From an uncultured Actinomycetota bacterium (GTDB lineage Bacteria; Actinomycetota; Actinomycetes; Frankiales; Frankiaceae), in the NCBI GenBank assembly GCA_963752645.1, contig CAVVZN010000014.1, forward strand, positions 502,955-566,954: a stretch of DNA of 64,000 nucleotides. Direction: 5' to 3'. The translations under genes were made by a program, and so were the position numbers. The notes under the pieces were generated by a model. That model ran no database searches and was not told the origin of the DNA. It saw only the letters and a list, made by a program, of their open reading frames with translations. Below, one piece after another: positions 18,337 through 27,864 of this stretch; position 1 is the stretch's first letter, and every line of letters starts with the position of its first letter.

Positions 18337-19197
18337 ATGCAGCTGCGGAAGATCCAGGACGTCGAGGTCAGTGCGATCGGGCTGGGTGAGATGCCGCTCT
18401 CGGTACAGAACCGCCCCGAGGAGGCCGAGGCCCACCGCGTCGTGCACGCCGCGCTCGACGCCGGCATCACCCTGATCGATACCGCGGACGCCTACTCCCA
18501 GGGGGCCGAGGACTTCGGCCACGGCGAGCGGCTGGTCGGCGCGGCGCTGCGCTCCTACGGCGGCGACACCTCGGACGTCCTCGTCGCGACGAAGGGCGGC
18601 CACACCCGCACCGCCGACGGCAGCTGGGAACTCGACGGCCGCCCCGAGTACCTGAAGGACGCGTGCCGGAAGTCGCTGGCCGCGCTGGGCGTCGAGCAGA
18701 TCGGGCTCTACCAGTTCCACCGCCCGGACCCGGCGACGCCGTGGGCGGACTCGATCGGCGCCCTGGCCGACCTGCTCGACGAAGGCCTCATCCGCCTCGC
18801 CGGCGTCAGCAACGCGACGATCGCGCAGATCGACGAAGCGAACCAGATCCTCGGCGGCAGGCTCGCCGCCGTACAGAACCAGTTCTCGCCCGCCTACCGC
18901 TCCAGCCTCGGCGAACTCCGCCACTGCGGGGAGAAGGGCATCGCCTTCCTCCCGTGGAGCCCGCTCGGCGGGATGTCGTCGGCGGCCGACCTCGGCGGCC
19001 ACCACGCCGCCTTCGGCGAGGTCGCCGACGCACACGACGCCACCGCGCAGCAGGTCGCGTTGGCGTGGCACCTCGCACAGGGGCCGCACGTGCTGCCGAT
19101 CCCCGGCTCGAGCCGGGCACAGACCGTCCGGGCGTCCGCCGCCGCCGTCGACCTGCAGCTGACCGACGACGAACTCCGTCGTCTCGACGCCGCCTGA
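18337..19197 (+). CDS. aldo/keto reductase
   Basis: MQLRKIQDVEVSAIGLGEMPLS...ALDAGITLIDTADAYSQG. 286 aa. Confidence 0.8.
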   Translation: MQLRKIQDVEVSAIGLGEMPLSVQNRPEEAEAHRVVHAALDAGITLIDTADAYSQGAEDFGHGERLVGAALRSYGGDTSDVLVATKGGHTRTADGSWELDGRPEYLKDACRKSLAALGVEQIGLYQFHRPDPATPWADSIGALADLLDEGLIRLAGVSNATIAQIDEANQILGGRLAAVQNQFSPAYRSSLGELRHCGEKGIAFLPWSPLGGMSSAADLGGHHAAFGEVADAHDATAQQVALAWHLAQGPHVLPIPGSSRAQTVRASAAAVDLQLTDDELRRLDAA

Positions 19198-19242
19198 TCC
19201 GGGCGGCCTGACCGGGCGCCGGCGCGGATCTAAGCTGAGCCC

Positions 19243-20022
19243 ATGGACCGGCGCCTGCCCGCGACGCGCGCCGGTGCCGCGCGCCCGCCCGGTCTCACCG
19301 CCGACGAACTCGCCGCAGTCGTTCGTCGCGCGAGCCAGCTGGACGCGGTCGGGCCGGACATCCACCCCGACCTCGACGTGGACGACGCCCGCGAGGTGCT
19401 GCGGGAGGCGGGGGTGTCTCCCGCGTCAGCCGAGCAGGCACTGGCCGAGTGGCGGGCGGGCCAGCTGGGTGTCGTCGCGCCGCCGCCGATCACAGCGCCC
19501 GCGCGGCTGTCTCCCGTCGTCGTCGTCGAGCGCACCGTTCCGTTGGAGCCGGCCGAGCTGCGGCAGACGCTCGACCGCATGCTCCGCCGGCAGTGGTTCA
19601 CCGGTGGGCGCTCGTTCGGGCCCGCCACGGCCGAGTGGCTGCCGCGCTCCGGCATGTTCGCCGACATGCGCCGTCGCTTCGACGTGCGCGGAACGTTGCT
19701 GCTCCACGAGGTCGGCCGGCTGCGGCTCGATGTGCAGCCCGGGAGGTCGGGAACCAGCCTGGTCCGTCTCACAGCGGACCTCGGCAATTTGCGCTCCCGC
19801 CTCGTCGGCAGCATGGTCGGGCTGCCGGCGGCGGCCGGGGCGACGGTCAGCCTCGTCGGGATCCCGACCTCGGCGCCGGAGCTGATCGCGAGCGGGCTGC
19901 CGATCGGCCTGGTCGTCGCGGGCGGCGGCTACCTCGGTGCTTCGCGCACGTTGGAGAGACGCCGCGCAGCTATCGAGGAGAACCTGCACATCCTGCTCGA
20001 CCGGGCAGCGCCGCTGCGCTGA
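19243..20022 (+). CDS. hypothetical protein
   Basis: 259-aa ORF with consistent GC3-rich codon usage and no recognisable motif. Confidence 0.5.
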   Translation: MDRRLPATRAGAARPPGLTADELAAVVRRASQLDAVGPDIHPDLDVDDAREVLREAGVSPASAEQALAEWRAGQLGVVAPPPITAPARLSPVVVVERTVPLEPAELRQTLDRMLRRQWFTGGRSFGPATAEWLPRSGMFADMRRRFDVRGTLLLHEVGRLRLDVQPGRSGTSLVRLTADLGNLRSRLVGSMVGLPAAAGATVSLVGIPTSAPELIASGLPIGLVVAGGGYLGASRTLERRRAAIEENLHILLDRAAPLR

Positions 20023-20025
20023 GGG

Positions 20026-20715
20026 TCAGCCGTCGGCGGCGCGCCGCATCCTCGCCACGAGGATGCCGGGGACCTCGGTGATGCTGTCGGCGACGTGCGC
20101 CGCGGACGCGAGCGCGTCATCGGCGGGCGGGTACTCGCGGTTGGGGACGGCGATGACGGTCAGGCCGGCTGCGGCGGCGGAGCGGATCCCGTTCGACGAG
20201 TCCTCGACGGCCGCTGCCGACGCGGGCTCGACCCCGAGCCGTCGGCAGGCCTCGAGGTAGACGTCGGGTGCGGGCTTGCCGCGCGGAACCGCCTCACTGG
20301 AGACCTCGGCGGCGAACAGCTCCCGGATCCGCGCTGCGTCGAGCACGGCCGCGATGAGCCGCGGGGGGCTGCTGCTGGCCACGGCGATCGGCCAGCGGCC
20401 GGCAACGGCCCGGACGACGTCGACGGCGCCGTCGATCAGCGGCGGCTCGTCACCCAGGGCCTCCGCCACCCGGTCGATGACCTCGTCGGCCACCTGCTCC
20501 GCCGGTCCCGGTACGCCGAGCGAGTCGACGAGGTAGGCCGACCACTCCGGGGTGCTCATCCCCATCTGGTCGGTGCTCGCCGTCGGGGACCAGGTGCCGC
20601 CCTTCTCCTCGACGTAGGCCTGCCGCACCTCGTCCCAGACCTGCTCGGACTCGACGATCACGCCGTCCATGTCGAAGACGATGGCCAGCAGGTCGGGCTC
20701 CTGGCCCCGGCTCAC
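20026..20715 (-). CDS. HAD family hydrolase (beta-phosphoglucomutase-like)
   Basis: VSRGQEPDLLAIVFDMDGVIVESE carries HAD motif I (DxDGV). GTG start overlaps the TetR stop as GTGA. Confidence 0.7.
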   Translation of the reverse strand: MSRGQEPDLLAIVFDMDGVIVESEQVWDEVRQAYVEEKGGTWSPTASTDQMGMSTPEWSAYLVDSLGVPGPAEQVADEVIDRVAEALGDEPPLIDGAVDVVRAVAGRWPIAVASSSPPRLIAAVLDAARIRELFAAEVSSEAVPRGKPAPDVYLEACRRLGVEPASAAAVEDSSNGIRSAAAAGLTVIAVPNREYPPADDALASAAHVADSITEVPGILVARMRRAADG

Positions 20716-21416
20716 CGCGACTGCTGCGGCAGGGTCGTCGCCACGGCCGGGAGCAGGAGTTCGCGGACGAACGCCAGCAGCTCGGCGCAGGCCTGGTCTC
20801 CGGCACAGATCCTCGGCAGCAGGATCGCCCAGTTCATGTGCTGCAGTTCGAACTGCGCGTCGGGACGGTTCGCCGCCGCCAGCCCGGTGCCGGCCATCTG
20901 CGTGACGAGGTATCCGGCGAGCCGTTCGATGCCTCGAACATCGCCGGACGCGCCTTCCGACAGCTGCAGGAAGGCCAGGTCGCCGAGCTGCCCCGCGTGC
21001 TCCGCCTCGCGCAGGTAGCCCAGGATGACGTCGCGCCACCAGGGCGCGGTGCGCGGCAACTCACGGTCGATGAGGCCACGGTCCAACAGGAGACGGCTGG
21101 CGGCCCGGATCGTCGCGTCGTCGCGGAAGGCGAAGGCGGTAGCGCAGATCAGGGAGACGAGGCGTCGCAGGGGGTCCTGCTCCTGGGCCTCCACCTGCTG
21201 CCGCAGCTGGTCCCACCGCGCGGCCTGCTCCTCGGCGATCGCAACCGCGAGGGCGTCCTTGGACTCGAAGTGGAAGTAGAACGCCCCGCGGGTGAGACCG
21301 GTGCTCTCCACGAGCCGATTGAGGGTCGCGCCCGCGTAGCCCTGCTTGTCGAAGACCTGGGCCGTCGATTCCAGGATGCGTTGGCGCGTCCGTAGGCCAC
21401 GGGCTGTTACTGACAT
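20712..21416 (-). CDS. TetR/AcrR family transcriptional regulator
   Basis: MSVTARGLRTRQRILESTAQVFDKQGYAGATLNRLVESTGLTRGAFYFHFESKDALA (HTH). Confidence 0.8.
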   Translation of the reverse strand: MSVTARGLRTRQRILESTAQVFDKQGYAGATLNRLVESTGLTRGAFYFHFESKDALAVAIAEEQAARWDQLRQQVEAQEQDPLRRLVSLICATAFAFRDDATIRAASRLLLDRGLIDRELPRTAPWWRDVILGYLREAEHAGQLGDLAFLQLSEGASGDVRGIERLAGYLVTQMAGTGLAAANRPDAQFELQHMNWAILLPRICAGDQACAELLAFVRELLLPAVATTLPQQSR

Positions 21417-21552
21417 GACCTTGACAGTAGCCAGGCGAGATGTGAGCGCATGCCGTTCGCGGAGGAACCAGCAACTCCGCATGACGAAGTGCACAGCCTG
21501 AAAGAATCGGGCGGTCTTCGGCGTTGTAGCCGCCGACTACCGAGGGAGTTGC
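21417..21552. promoter_or_regulatory. divergent TetR/MFS intergenic region with a weak inverted repeat (tcggcg-N7-cgccga, 21518..21536); candidate operator
   Basis: Classic TetR-efflux divergent architecture. SD gagggag lies 6 nt upstream of the MFS GTG. Confidence 0.3.
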
Positions 21553-22857
21553 GTGACTGAGCAGTCGCCGGAGGCACCCGGCCGGGTGCCGGAGGCAGTG
21601 CCGGAGGCAGCGCCGAAGACCGGGCTCCGCCGCCTCGTCCTCGATACCACCCCGCTGCAGATCCGGCCCTACCGGCGGTTGTGGTCGTCCACGGTCGTCA
21701 CGGCCATCGGCAGCCAGTTGACCGCCGTCGCGGTGCCGAAGCAGCTCTACGACATCACGGGTTCCTCGGCCTGGGTCGGCCTCTCCGGCGCCGTGGCCCT
21801 GGTGCCGTTGGTCGTCTTCGCCCTGTGGGGCGGCGCGATCGCCGACGTGGTCGACCGGCGCAAGCTGATGATGGCGACCAACTCCGGCCTCGCCGTGACC
21901 TCCGGGCTGCTGTGGCTCCAGGCCGCGACGGGCATGCGCAACGTCTGGGTGGTCCTCGGCCTGCTCGCTCTGCAGCAGGCCTGCTTCGGGATGAACAGCC
22001 CTGCCCGCAGTGCGTCGGTGCCGCGCCTGGTGCCGGCGTCGATGCTGCCCGCGGCCAACGCGCTGAACGCGACGGTGATGATGATCGGCTCGATCAGCGG
22101 GCCGCTGCTCGCCGGCGCGCTGATCCCGGTGCTCGGCCTGTCGACGCTCTACCTGATCGACACCATCGCGCTGGCCGTCGCCGTCGCCACCGTCTTCCGG
22201 CTCCCCGCGCTGCCGCCGCTCGGCGAGAGTGGCCGTCGGGCCGGTCTGTCGTCCATCGCCGACGGCTTCCGCTACATGGCGTTGCAGCCGGTGCTGCTGG
22301 TCTCCTTCCTCGCCGACATCATCGCCATGGTGTTCGGCATGCCGCGGGCGCTGTTCCCGCAGCTGGCGGCACAGACCTTCGGCGGCCCGGCCGGTGCCGG
22401 CCTCGCCCTCGGGGTCCTCTACGCAGCGATCCCGGCCGGCTCCCTCGTCGGCGGCCTGCTCTCGGGCACCTTCACCCGCATGCGACGCCACGGGACCGCC
22501 GTGGTGCTCTCCGTGGCGGCCTGGGGGGCCGCCGTCGCCGGGTTCGGCCTGTCCGGTTCCCTCGTGCTCGCGGCAGTCTTCCTGGCCATCGCCGGCGCCG
22601 CCGACCTGGCGAGCATGGTCTTCCGCAGCTCGATCCTGCAGGAGGCGGCCACCGACGAGATGCGCGGCCGCATGCAGGGCGTGTTCACGGTCGTCGTCGC
22701 CGGCGGACCTCGCTTGGCCGACCTCGTGCACGGCACGTTGGGGGCGGCGATCGGCGTCGGGCCGACCATCGTCGGCGGCGGCGTGCTCGTCGTCGCCGGG
22801 ACAGCCGTTCTGACCCTCGTCTTCCCGTCCTTCTGGCGGTACCGCTCGGCGAGCTGA
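21553..22857 (+). CDS. MFS transporter
   Basis: 434 aa with about 12 TM segments and a DVVDRRK motif. GTG start. Confidence 0.8.
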   Translation: MTEQSPEAPGRVPEAVPEAAPKTGLRRLVLDTTPLQIRPYRRLWSSTVVTAIGSQLTAVAVPKQLYDITGSSAWVGLSGAVALVPLVVFALWGGAIADVVDRRKLMMATNSGLAVTSGLLWLQAATGMRNVWVVLGLLALQQACFGMNSPARSASVPRLVPASMLPAANALNATVMMIGSISGPLLAGALIPVLGLSTLYLIDTIALAVAVATVFRLPALPPLGESGRRAGLSSIADGFRYMALQPVLLVSFLADIIAMVFGMPRALFPQLAAQTFGGPAGAGLALGVLYAAIPAGSLVGGLLSGTFTRMRRHGTAVVLSVAAWGAAVAGFGLSGSLVLAAVFLAIAGAADLASMVFRSSILQEAATDEMRGRMQGVFTVVVAGGPRLADLVHGTLGAAIGVGPTIVGGGVLVVAGTAVLTLVFPSFWRYRSAS

Positions 22858-22860
22858 TTC

Positions 22861-23655
22861 CTACGGGATCGCTCGGACGACTCCCCCGTCGACGCGGAGC
22901 GCCGCACCGGTGGTCGCCGAGGCCTGCGGCGAGCAGACGTAGACGACCATGTTCGCCACCTCTTCGGGCGTCGTCAGCCGCTGCAGCAGGGACGTCGGGC
23001 GGTTCTCGGCGATGAAGCTCCGCTCGACGTCCTCCTGCGACTTGCCCTGCTTCTCCGCCATCGCGGCGAGCATCCCGCCGACGCCTTCGGAGCGGGTGGG
23101 ACCCGGCAGGACCGAGTTCACGGTGACGCCGCTGGCGGGGTAGGTCTCGGCGAGGCCGCGGGCGACCGCGAGCTGGGCCGTCTTGGTCATCCCGTACTGG
23201 ATCATCTCCGCCGGGATGTGCAGGGCGGACTCGCTGCTGATGAACACGATGCGCCCCCAGCCGGCGTCGGCCATCCGCGGGGCGTAGTGACGCGACAGGC
23301 GGACACCGCTCATGACGTTGACGTCGAAGTGCTTCTGCCAGTTCTCGTCGGAGATCCTGGCGAACGGCTTCGGCTCGAACACCCCGGCGTTGTTCACGAG
23401 GATGTCGACGTCGGGCACCTGGTCCACGACGGAGGCGACCCCCTCGGCGGACCCCACGTCTCCCGGCGCCTCGACGATCTCGCTACCGGGCACGGCCTGC
23501 CGCAACCGGCCCGCCGCGTCGGCGACCCGCTCCGCGGTCCGGCCGTTCACGACGACGGTGGCACCCGCCTCGGCGAGGCCCTGCGCGATCGCGTAGCCGA
23601 TTCCTGCGGTTGAACCGGTGACCAGGGCCCGACGCCCGGAGAGGTCGATGCGCAT
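22861..23655 (-). CDS. SDR family oxidoreductase
   Basis: MRIDLSGRRALVTGSTAGIGYAIAQ (TGxxxGIG), NNAG and YxxxK. Confidence 0.75.
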   Translation of the reverse strand: MRIDLSGRRALVTGSTAGIGYAIAQGLAEAGATVVVNGRTAERVADAAGRLRQAVPGSEIVEAPGDVGSAEGVASVVDQVPDVDILVNNAGVFEPKPFARISDENWQKHFDVNVMSGVRLSRHYAPRMADAGWGRIVFISSESALHIPAEMIQYGMTKTAQLAVARGLAETYPASGVTVNSVLPGPTRSEGVGGMLAAMAEKQGKSQEDVERSFIAENRPTSLLQRLTTPEEVANMVVYVCSPQASATTGAALRVDGGVVRAIP

Positions 23656-23864
23656 CAGCCGCGGTCCTTCACGGTCCACCGGGGACCGGCGTCGTCGACG
23701 AACTCGGCAACCAGGTTCTGATGTGACAGGTCGGACAACGCAGCCCGGGTGTCGTCGACGCTCCGGCCGGCCTCGGCGGCGACCTGCTCGACGCGGACGT
23801 CCGCGCCCCGTGCCTCGACAGCTGCGACGGCGGCGAAGACCTGCTCGTTCGTTTCTTGGTCCAT
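23655..23864 (-). CDS. small hypothetical protein (69 aa) translationally coupled to the SDR gene
   Basis: SD GGGAGGG upstream. Its stop TGA overlaps the SDR ATG (TGATG). Sequence MDQETNEQVFAAVAAVEARGADVRVEQVAAEAGRSVDDTRAALSDLSHQNLVAEFVDDAGPRWTVKDRG. Confidence 0.45.
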   Translation of the reverse strand: MDQETNEQVFAAVAAVEARGADVRVEQVAAEAGRSVDDTRAALSDLSHQNLVAEFVDDAGPRWTVKDRG

Positions 23865-24060
23865 GGTCCCGCCCTCCCCGGCGACGTGCGGCTCTAACGT
23901 TCATCCGGTGTAGCGATCAGCGCCCTCGGGCAGGGGTGATCGTGCGCAGGCTCACCCTCCGATGTGGCGCTGCCGGCATGTCGCGGGATCAGCCTCCAAC
24001 GTCCCGTCGTTAGCATCGAGCAAGCACCCAGCAAGCACTATCAGCAGACCTCCGGAGCCC

Positions 24061-24903
24061 ATGACTTCCGATACCCGAGACCTCCGCTTTCCGCGGGATC
24101 ACATGCCACCCGACGCTCCTCGTGACCGCGTCCAGCTCAGTGCTGTCCAGGTCGCCGCGAGCGCCCTCGCCTCCGTCTCCGCCGCCGTCATCGCATCCCT
24201 GTTCGGGGTGGCCGGCACGGTGGTCGGCGCCGGCCTCGTCGCCATCATCTCGACCACGGGCAGCGCCCTGTACAGCTCCTCGATGAAGCACACGTCGAGC
24301 CAGCTGCGTCGCGCCCGCGAGAACCTCCTGACCGCCCGGGCAGGCGAGGCCGGGAGCACGACCCGCGCCGGCCGGACGGCCTCGTCCACCGCCGTCCTCG
24401 ACCGTCCCGAACCGCGTCACCCTCGTTCCGGCCCGACCGCCGAGGCGGCGCCGAGCCGCTGGCGCCGCGGATGGCTCACGGTCGGAGGCCGCCGAGGCCT
24501 GAAGTGGCCGGCCCTCGTCGGCGCAGCCGTCCTCGTCTTCGTTCTCGCCATCGCCGCGATCACCGGCTTCGAGGCTCTGACGAACAAGTCGATCTCGTCG
24601 TTGACCGGCCACGGCAGCTCGTCCTCGACGATCGGCGGCATCACCGGGACCACGTCCTCGAGCAAGCCGACGCCGAAGCCGACCTCGACCGGCAGCGGCT
24701 CGGACGCAGCGACCACGACTCCGTCGCCGACCGCGACCAGGTCGGCAAAGCCGTCCGCGGTCGTGCCGACGCCGTCGGCGAGCCTGAGCGTGCCGACACC
24801 GTCGGCCGCGCCCAGCAGTGCCGTCCCGAAGCAGAGCGGCAGCACCAGCGGGACCGGGACCGGGACCGGGACCGGCGGCGAGGTCACCGTCCCCGCCCCG
24901 TGA
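24061..24903 (+). CDS. membrane protein with two TM helices and a Ser/Thr/Pro-rich C-terminal tail
   Basis: TM segments ASALASVSAAVIASLFGVAGTVVGAGLVAIIS and ALVGAAVLVFVLAIAAITGF. Tail ...TSSSKPTPKPTSTGSGS...GTGTGTGTGGEVT. ATG at 24061 within track ORF 23962..24903. Confidence 0.5.
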   Translation: MTSDTRDLRFPRDHMPPDAPRDRVQLSAVQVAASALASVSAAVIASLFGVAGTVVGAGLVAIISTTGSALYSSSMKHTSSQLRRARENLLTARAGEAGSTTRAGRTASSTAVLDRPEPRHPRSGPTAEAAPSRWRRGWLTVGGRRGLKWPALVGAAVLVFVLAIAAITGFEALTNKSISSLTGHGSSSSTIGGITGTTSSSKPTPKPTSTGSGSDAATTTPSPTATRSAKPSAVVPTPSASLSVPTPSAAPSSAVPKQSGSTSGTGTGTGTGGEVTVPAP

Positions 24904-24915
24904 TTGCCTGAGTAC

Positions 24916-25539
24916 GTGCGCATCGAACAGCTCGTGACCTCAGGCCAGTTCCACCTCGACGGCGGCGCCTGGGACGTCGACAACAACGTCTGGATCGTCG
25001 GTGACGCCGACGAGGTGATCGTCATCGACGCCCCGCACGACGCGGACGCCATCGAGGCGGCGGTCGGGGGCCGGAGGGTCGTGGCGATCGCCTGCACCCA
25101 TGCGCACGACGACCATGTCAACGTCGCTCCCGAGCTCGGTCGCCGATTCGGCGCGCCGGTGCTGCTTCACCCCGCCGACGACGTGCTCTGGCGGATGGCG
25201 CACCCCGACGCCCGGCCCGACGGCGAGCTCGTCGACGGACAGCGGCTCGCGGTCGCCGGCACCCGCATCGACGTGCTGGCGACACCGGGCCACGCACCGG
25301 GCGCAGTGTGCTTCCACCTGCCGGAACTCGGCGCGGTGTTCAGCGGCGACACGCTGTTCAGCGGTGGGCCCGGGGCGACCGGCCGCAGCTACAGCGACTT
25401 CCCGACCATCCTGACCTCGATCGAGCAGCGGCTGTTCGCGCTGCCGGGCGACACGATCGTCCACACCGGGCACGGCGACGACACCAGCATCGGCGCGGAG
25501 TCGCCGCACCTCGACGAATGGCGCGCCCGCGGCCACTGA
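24916..25539 (+). CDS. MBL-fold metallo-hydrolase (glyoxalase-II-like)
   Basis: IACTHAHDDHV (HxHxDH) and TPGHAPGAVC. Alternative TTG start at 24904. Confidence 0.7.
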   Translation: MRIEQLVTSGQFHLDGGAWDVDNNVWIVGDADEVIVIDAPHDADAIEAAVGGRRVVAIACTHAHDDHVNVAPELGRRFGAPVLLHPADDVLWRMAHPDARPDGELVDGQRLAVAGTRIDVLATPGHAPGAVCFHLPELGAVFSGDTLFSGGPGATGRSYSDFPTILTSIEQRLFALPGDTIVHTGHGDDTSIGAESPHLDEWRARGH

Positions 25540-25562
25540 CGGCCCCGAACGGTGATGTCCTC

Positions 25563-26531
25563 GTGCGCAACGGGCAGGACCGGGAGGTGACCCGAGAGAT
25601 CCGCGCCGTCCGCCTCACCTCCCACGACCGTCCGGTGTCCGTCGAGCCGGTGCAGCTCGGTCCGGTCGACGGCGCGAGCGTGGTCGAGATGCTCTACGCC
25701 GGCATCAACCCGGTCGACACCTATGCGGCGAAGGGGCTGGTCGCGCCCGACGCACCCCTTCCGCGCACGCTCGGTGGTGAAGGGGTCGGCACCCTGGACG
25801 GCCGGAACGTGCTGGTTGCCGGCGGCGGGCTGGGAACGACCCGCGACGGGGTATGGGCAGCGGCCGTCGCCGCCCCGGATGTGGCGGTCGTCGAGCTGCC
25901 CGACGGCGTCGACCTGCAGCAGGCCGCCGCGATGGGGGTCGCAGGACTGACCGCCTTCCACGTCGTCGAGACGGTCGGCCGCATCGGCCCGGACGACCGT
26001 GTCCTCGTGCTCGGCGCGAGCGGCGGCGTCGGCGGACCGATCTGCAGCTTCGCCGCCTCCACCGGCGCGACCGTCGTCGGGCAGACCGGCAGTGCCGAGA
26101 AGGCCGCCGCGATCCGGGAGCACGGCGCCTCCGACGTCCTCGTGTGCGAGGCGGACGGCCTTGCCGAGGCCGCCCGGGACCTCCGTCCGACCGTCGTCGT
26201 CGATCCGCTCGGCGGCGCCTTCACCCCGGCTGCCCTCTCCGTCATGCAGCGGCGTGGACGCCTCGTCGTCTACGGCACCAGTGCCGGCGCGGACGTGTCG
26301 CTGAACCTGCAGCAGGTGTACCGCAACCAGCTGAGCATCCTCAGCTACGCCGGGCTCATCCTGTCCCCTGAACAGCGACGGGACGGGCTCGAGAAGGCGT
26401 TGCGCGTCCTGGCCGACGGCCGGATGCAGATCCGCATCGACCGCGTCCTCCCGCTCGAGCAGGTGACCGAAGCGTTCGACCTCATCGCGAACCGCGGCCT
26501 CTCCGGCAAGGTGCTGCTCGACTGCCGCTGA
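25563..26531 (+). CDS. zinc-binding alcohol dehydrogenase / quinone oxidoreductase (MDR) family protein
   Basis: ...EMLYAGINPVDTYAAKG... and VLVLGASGGVGG (NAD(P)-binding). GTG start chosen downstream of the MBL stop. Confidence 0.7.
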   Translation: MRNGQDREVTREIRAVRLTSHDRPVSVEPVQLGPVDGASVVEMLYAGINPVDTYAAKGLVAPDAPLPRTLGGEGVGTLDGRNVLVAGGGLGTTRDGVWAAAVAAPDVAVVELPDGVDLQQAAAMGVAGLTAFHVVETVGRIGPDDRVLVLGASGGVGGPICSFAASTGATVVGQTGSAEKAAAIREHGASDVLVCEADGLAEAARDLRPTVVVDPLGGAFTPAALSVMQRRGRLVVYGTSAGADVSLNLQQVYRNQLSILSYAGLILSPEQRRDGLEKALRVLADGRMQIRIDRVLPLEQVTEAFDLIANRGLSGKVLLDCR

Positions 26532-26564
26532 CCACAGCCCACGTTCCCGCGAAGGAGACAGCAG

Positions 26565-27587
26565 ATGCAGTACCGCACGCTCGGTCGGACCGGAGTCCAG
26601 GTCAGCGAGTTGTGTCTCGGCGCCATGATGTTCGGCGCCTGGGGCAACCCCGATCACGACGACTCGATCCGCATCATCCACCGGGCCCTCGACGCCGGCG
26701 TCAACTTCGTCGACACCGCCGACGTCTACTCCGCCGGCGAGTCCGAGGAGATCGTGGGCAAGGCGCTCATCGGCAGGCGCGACGACATCGTTCTCGCCAC
26801 CAAGGCGCACATGCCCATGGGCAAGAGCCCCACGATGCGAGGCAACTCGCGGCGCTGGCTGGTGCGCGAGGTGGAGAACAGCCTCCGCCGGCTGCAGACG
26901 GACTGGATCGACCTTTACCAGATCCATCGTCCCGAGCCGACGACGGACATCGACGAGACCCTCGGCGCCTTGACCGACCTGGTCCGTGCCGGGAAGATCC
27001 GCTACTTCGGCAGCTCGACGTTCCCGGCCTCTCAGATCGTCGAGGCGCAGTGGACCGCCGAGACGCGGCACCGCGAGCGGTTCGTGACCGAGCAGCCGCC
27101 GTACTCGATCCTGGTACGCGGCATCGAGGCGGAGATCCTCCCGACCGCGCAGAAGTACCGCATGGGGGTCATCCCCTGGAGCCCGCTGGCGGGCGGTTGG
27201 CTCACCGGCAAGTGGCGTCTCGGGCAGGAAGCGCCGTCCTCGACACGCGCCGACCGCATCCCCGGCCGCTACGACCTCGGCCTCGAGGAGAACCAGCGCA
27301 AGCTCGCCGCCGCGGACGCACTCGCGGTGCTCGCCGAGGACATGGGCGCCACGCTGATCGAGATGGCGATCGCCTTCGTCCTGCAGCATCCAGCCGTGAC
27401 GTCACCGATCATCGGGCCGCGCACGATGGAGCAACTCGAGTCGCAGCTCGGGGCCGTCGACGTGACCCTCACGCCCGACGTCCTGGACCGCATCGACGAG
27501 ATCGTCCCGCCGGGGACGACGTTCACGGCCGCCGATGCCGGTTACGTCCCGCCGGCGATCACCGACGCTCAGCTCCGGCGCCGCTGA
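26565..27587 (+). CDS. aldo/keto reductase
   Basis: MQYRTLGRTGVQVSELCLGAMMFG...DTADVYSAGESEE. SD aaggaga. Confidence 0.8.
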   Translation: MQYRTLGRTGVQVSELCLGAMMFGAWGNPDHDDSIRIIHRALDAGVNFVDTADVYSAGESEEIVGKALIGRRDDIVLATKAHMPMGKSPTMRGNSRRWLVREVENSLRRLQTDWIDLYQIHRPEPTTDIDETLGALTDLVRAGKIRYFGSSTFPASQIVEAQWTAETRHRERFVTEQPPYSILVRGIEAEILPTAQKYRMGVIPWSPLAGGWLTGKWRLGQEAPSSTRADRIPGRYDLGLEENQRKLAAADALAVLAEDMGATLIEMAIAFVLQHPAVTSPIIGPRTMEQLESQLGAVDVTLTPDVLDRIDEIVPPGTTFTAADAGYVPPAITDAQLRRR

Positions 27588-27793
27588 GTCCGCCCGGCGA
27601 TCAGGTAGAGCCGGAACCGCATCCGCTTGGTCCAGGACGGCCGGACGGGGCGGTCGGGCTGTTGCCACGGCGGTCGGGCCTGCACCTGCCGGCCGTGGGC
27701 GGAGAGCTCGTGGTTCGACGCCTGCTGGATCCAGTGCCAGTCGAACTCGGCGGGTTCGGCGGCCGCGTCCTCGCGCCGCGGGTTCTCGGTCAC
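27569..27793 (-). CDS. small hypothetical ORF (74 aa), antisense-overlapping the 3' end of the AKR gene
   Basis: Strong GC3 bias in this frame. VTENPRREDAAAEPAEFDWHWIQQASNHELSAHGRQVQARPPWQQPDRPVRPSWTKRMRFRLYLIAGRTQRRRS. Confidence 0.3.
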   Translation of the reverse strand: MTENPRREDAAAEPAEFDWHWIQQASNHELSAHGRQVQARPPWQQPDRPVRPSWTKRMRFRLYLIAGRTQRRRS

Positions 27794-27864
27794 GGCAGCA
27801 GAACGATCGACCCGCTGGGTGCGTGCCCGCCGGCGGCCCGTTCCGCGCGCTCTACTGTTCCCGC

